This document shows, in pieces, positions 54,455 to 64,000 of a stretch of DNA of 64,000 nt. The DNA is from the human T2T-CHM13v2.0 reference genome, Homo sapiens. Location: NCBI RefSeq assembly GCF_009914755.1, contig NC_060925.1; one strand, 5' to 3'. The position numbers and the translations under genes are program-made. A model generated the notes under the pieces. That model was not told the DNA's origin, ran no database searches, and saw nothing but the letters and a program-made list of their open reading frames with translations. How positions within the stretch are numbered: the stretch's first letter is position 1; each line of letters opens with the position of its first letter.

Positions 54455-54627
54455 CTAGTATGCAGCAGAATCACCTGGAGGGGTTTTTAAAACACAGATT
54501 GCTGGGGCCTACCCCTAGAGTTTCTAATCCAGTAGGTGTGGGTTGGGGCCCGGGAATCTGTATTTCTAACAGGTTCCCAGATGCTGTTGCTGCAGGTCAA
54601 GGGACCCCCTTATGAGAAGCACTGCTT
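54455..54627. mobile_element. MER5A (hAT-Charlie MITE)
   Basis: AGAATCACCTGGAG...ACAGATTGCTGGG...AATCTGTATTTCTAACAGGTTCCCAGATG...TGAGAAGCACTG. Confidence 0.85.
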
Positions 54628-55229
54628 TAGGGGAAACACATCAAATGACTCAGCTCCCACTTCCTTCCATCCCTGAGTGTCTCCACAGTTCCAAAGTCCT
54701 GAGAAAGTCCAGTTGACCCAGGATTGAGTCACTCTTGTGGTCAGAGAGGTGGCGTTCTGTGATTGGCAGCCATGTGAGTATCACTTGGTGTGGGGATGGG
54801 GGAAGTTCCTCCAAGGAAGGAACACTGGACACAAAACTAGACGATGTCCTCAAAATGGTAGTTGGGCAAGCTAAATGCACAACTCTCTCCATCTGGAGCA
54901 AGATCTTCAGCAGCAGCTTCTCCTCTCAGGGCAGAAGTTCCAGAATAGAGAACTGGAGGCGGGTGGGGTGGTAGGGAGAGGGAGAAGGTGGACTTCTACA
55001 GACCATTATCTCTATTCTAACCTCATTTCGTTTCCTGTCAAGAGAAGACACTCCTGCCCCCTAGAGACCAGTGATCAATTCCACAGCAGCTTTGGTGGCT
55101 ATGAAAGCCCTGAGGAGTCAGTAGACCTTGCGCTGAGACCCATTTTGACCAGTTAGGCCACAGCTCAAGACAACATTTTACCGTGCATGTTGTAGCTTTT
55201 TTCAGCTGCAGAGAAATCAACAGAGATAG

Positions 55230-56505
<1,276 letters not shown>

Positions 56506-56543
56506 CTAACAATGAATTTTCTTCTTCAGAAAAACTTGGTAGT

Positions 56544-60502
<3,959 letters not shown>

Positions 60503-60504
60503 TT

Positions 60505-61678
<1,174 letters not shown>

Positions 61679-61785
61679 TTAAGCTCAGGAGTTCAAGACC
61701 AGCCTGGACAACAAAGTGAAACACACCGCTCCCCGCCGACCCCCCACGCCACCGCCGTCTCTACAAAAAAAAAAAAAATTAGCCG

Positions 61786-63925
<2,140 letters not shown>

Positions 63926-63929
63926 CTCT

Positions 63930-63973
63930 ACAAAGCGCAATAAAGTAAAACACAATAAAACAAAGTATGCCTG
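63930..63973 (-). mobile_element. Tigger1 terminal inverted-repeat end
   Basis: CAATAAAGTAAAACACAATAAAACAAAGTATGCCTG-TA, the reverse complement of CAGGCATAC.TCGTTTTATTG. Confidence 0.7.
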
Positions 63974-64000
63974 TATACAGAAGGATGTGTGTCGGTTATA

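Noticed and set aside
54650-55220. Cluster of non-Alu ORFs (60-93 aa)
   Set aside because: No recognisable domain or splice context; likely old LTR-derived or random sequence.

Overview
Primate (human-like) genomic DNA, very Alu-dense (roughly 70 Alu copies or fragments by manual count) with old L1, L2, MIR, Tigger/Charlie and MaLR/ERV LTR remnants. The left half (1-30356) is the first intron of a minus-strand gene whose CpG-island promoter and non-coding first exon lie at ~30357-30700. From memory of the exon-1 sequence and neighbourhood this is EYA3 (1p35.3), but no coding exon is in the window to confirm it. The right half is intergenic and carries four retroposed copies of cellular RNAs: a young SPCS2 retrocopy with an intact 226-codon ORF and target-site duplication, an old NDUFA4 retrocopy split by an Alu that appears to keep ancestral residues, a 3' fragment of U6 snRNA fused to an inverted Alu end, and a disrupted ARL8B retrocopy with a CpG-rich 5' end. 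Nearly all other ORFs in the track are translations of Alu, L1 or low-complexity DNA. I found no convincing new multi-gene system. The best leads are the intact SPCS2 retrocopy, the NDUFA4 fossil, a ~105-bp non-repeat inverted duplication, the Alu/U6 chimera and a candidate uORF in exon 1. Comparisons to reference proteins, mRNAs and repeat families are from memory and need alignment to confirm.
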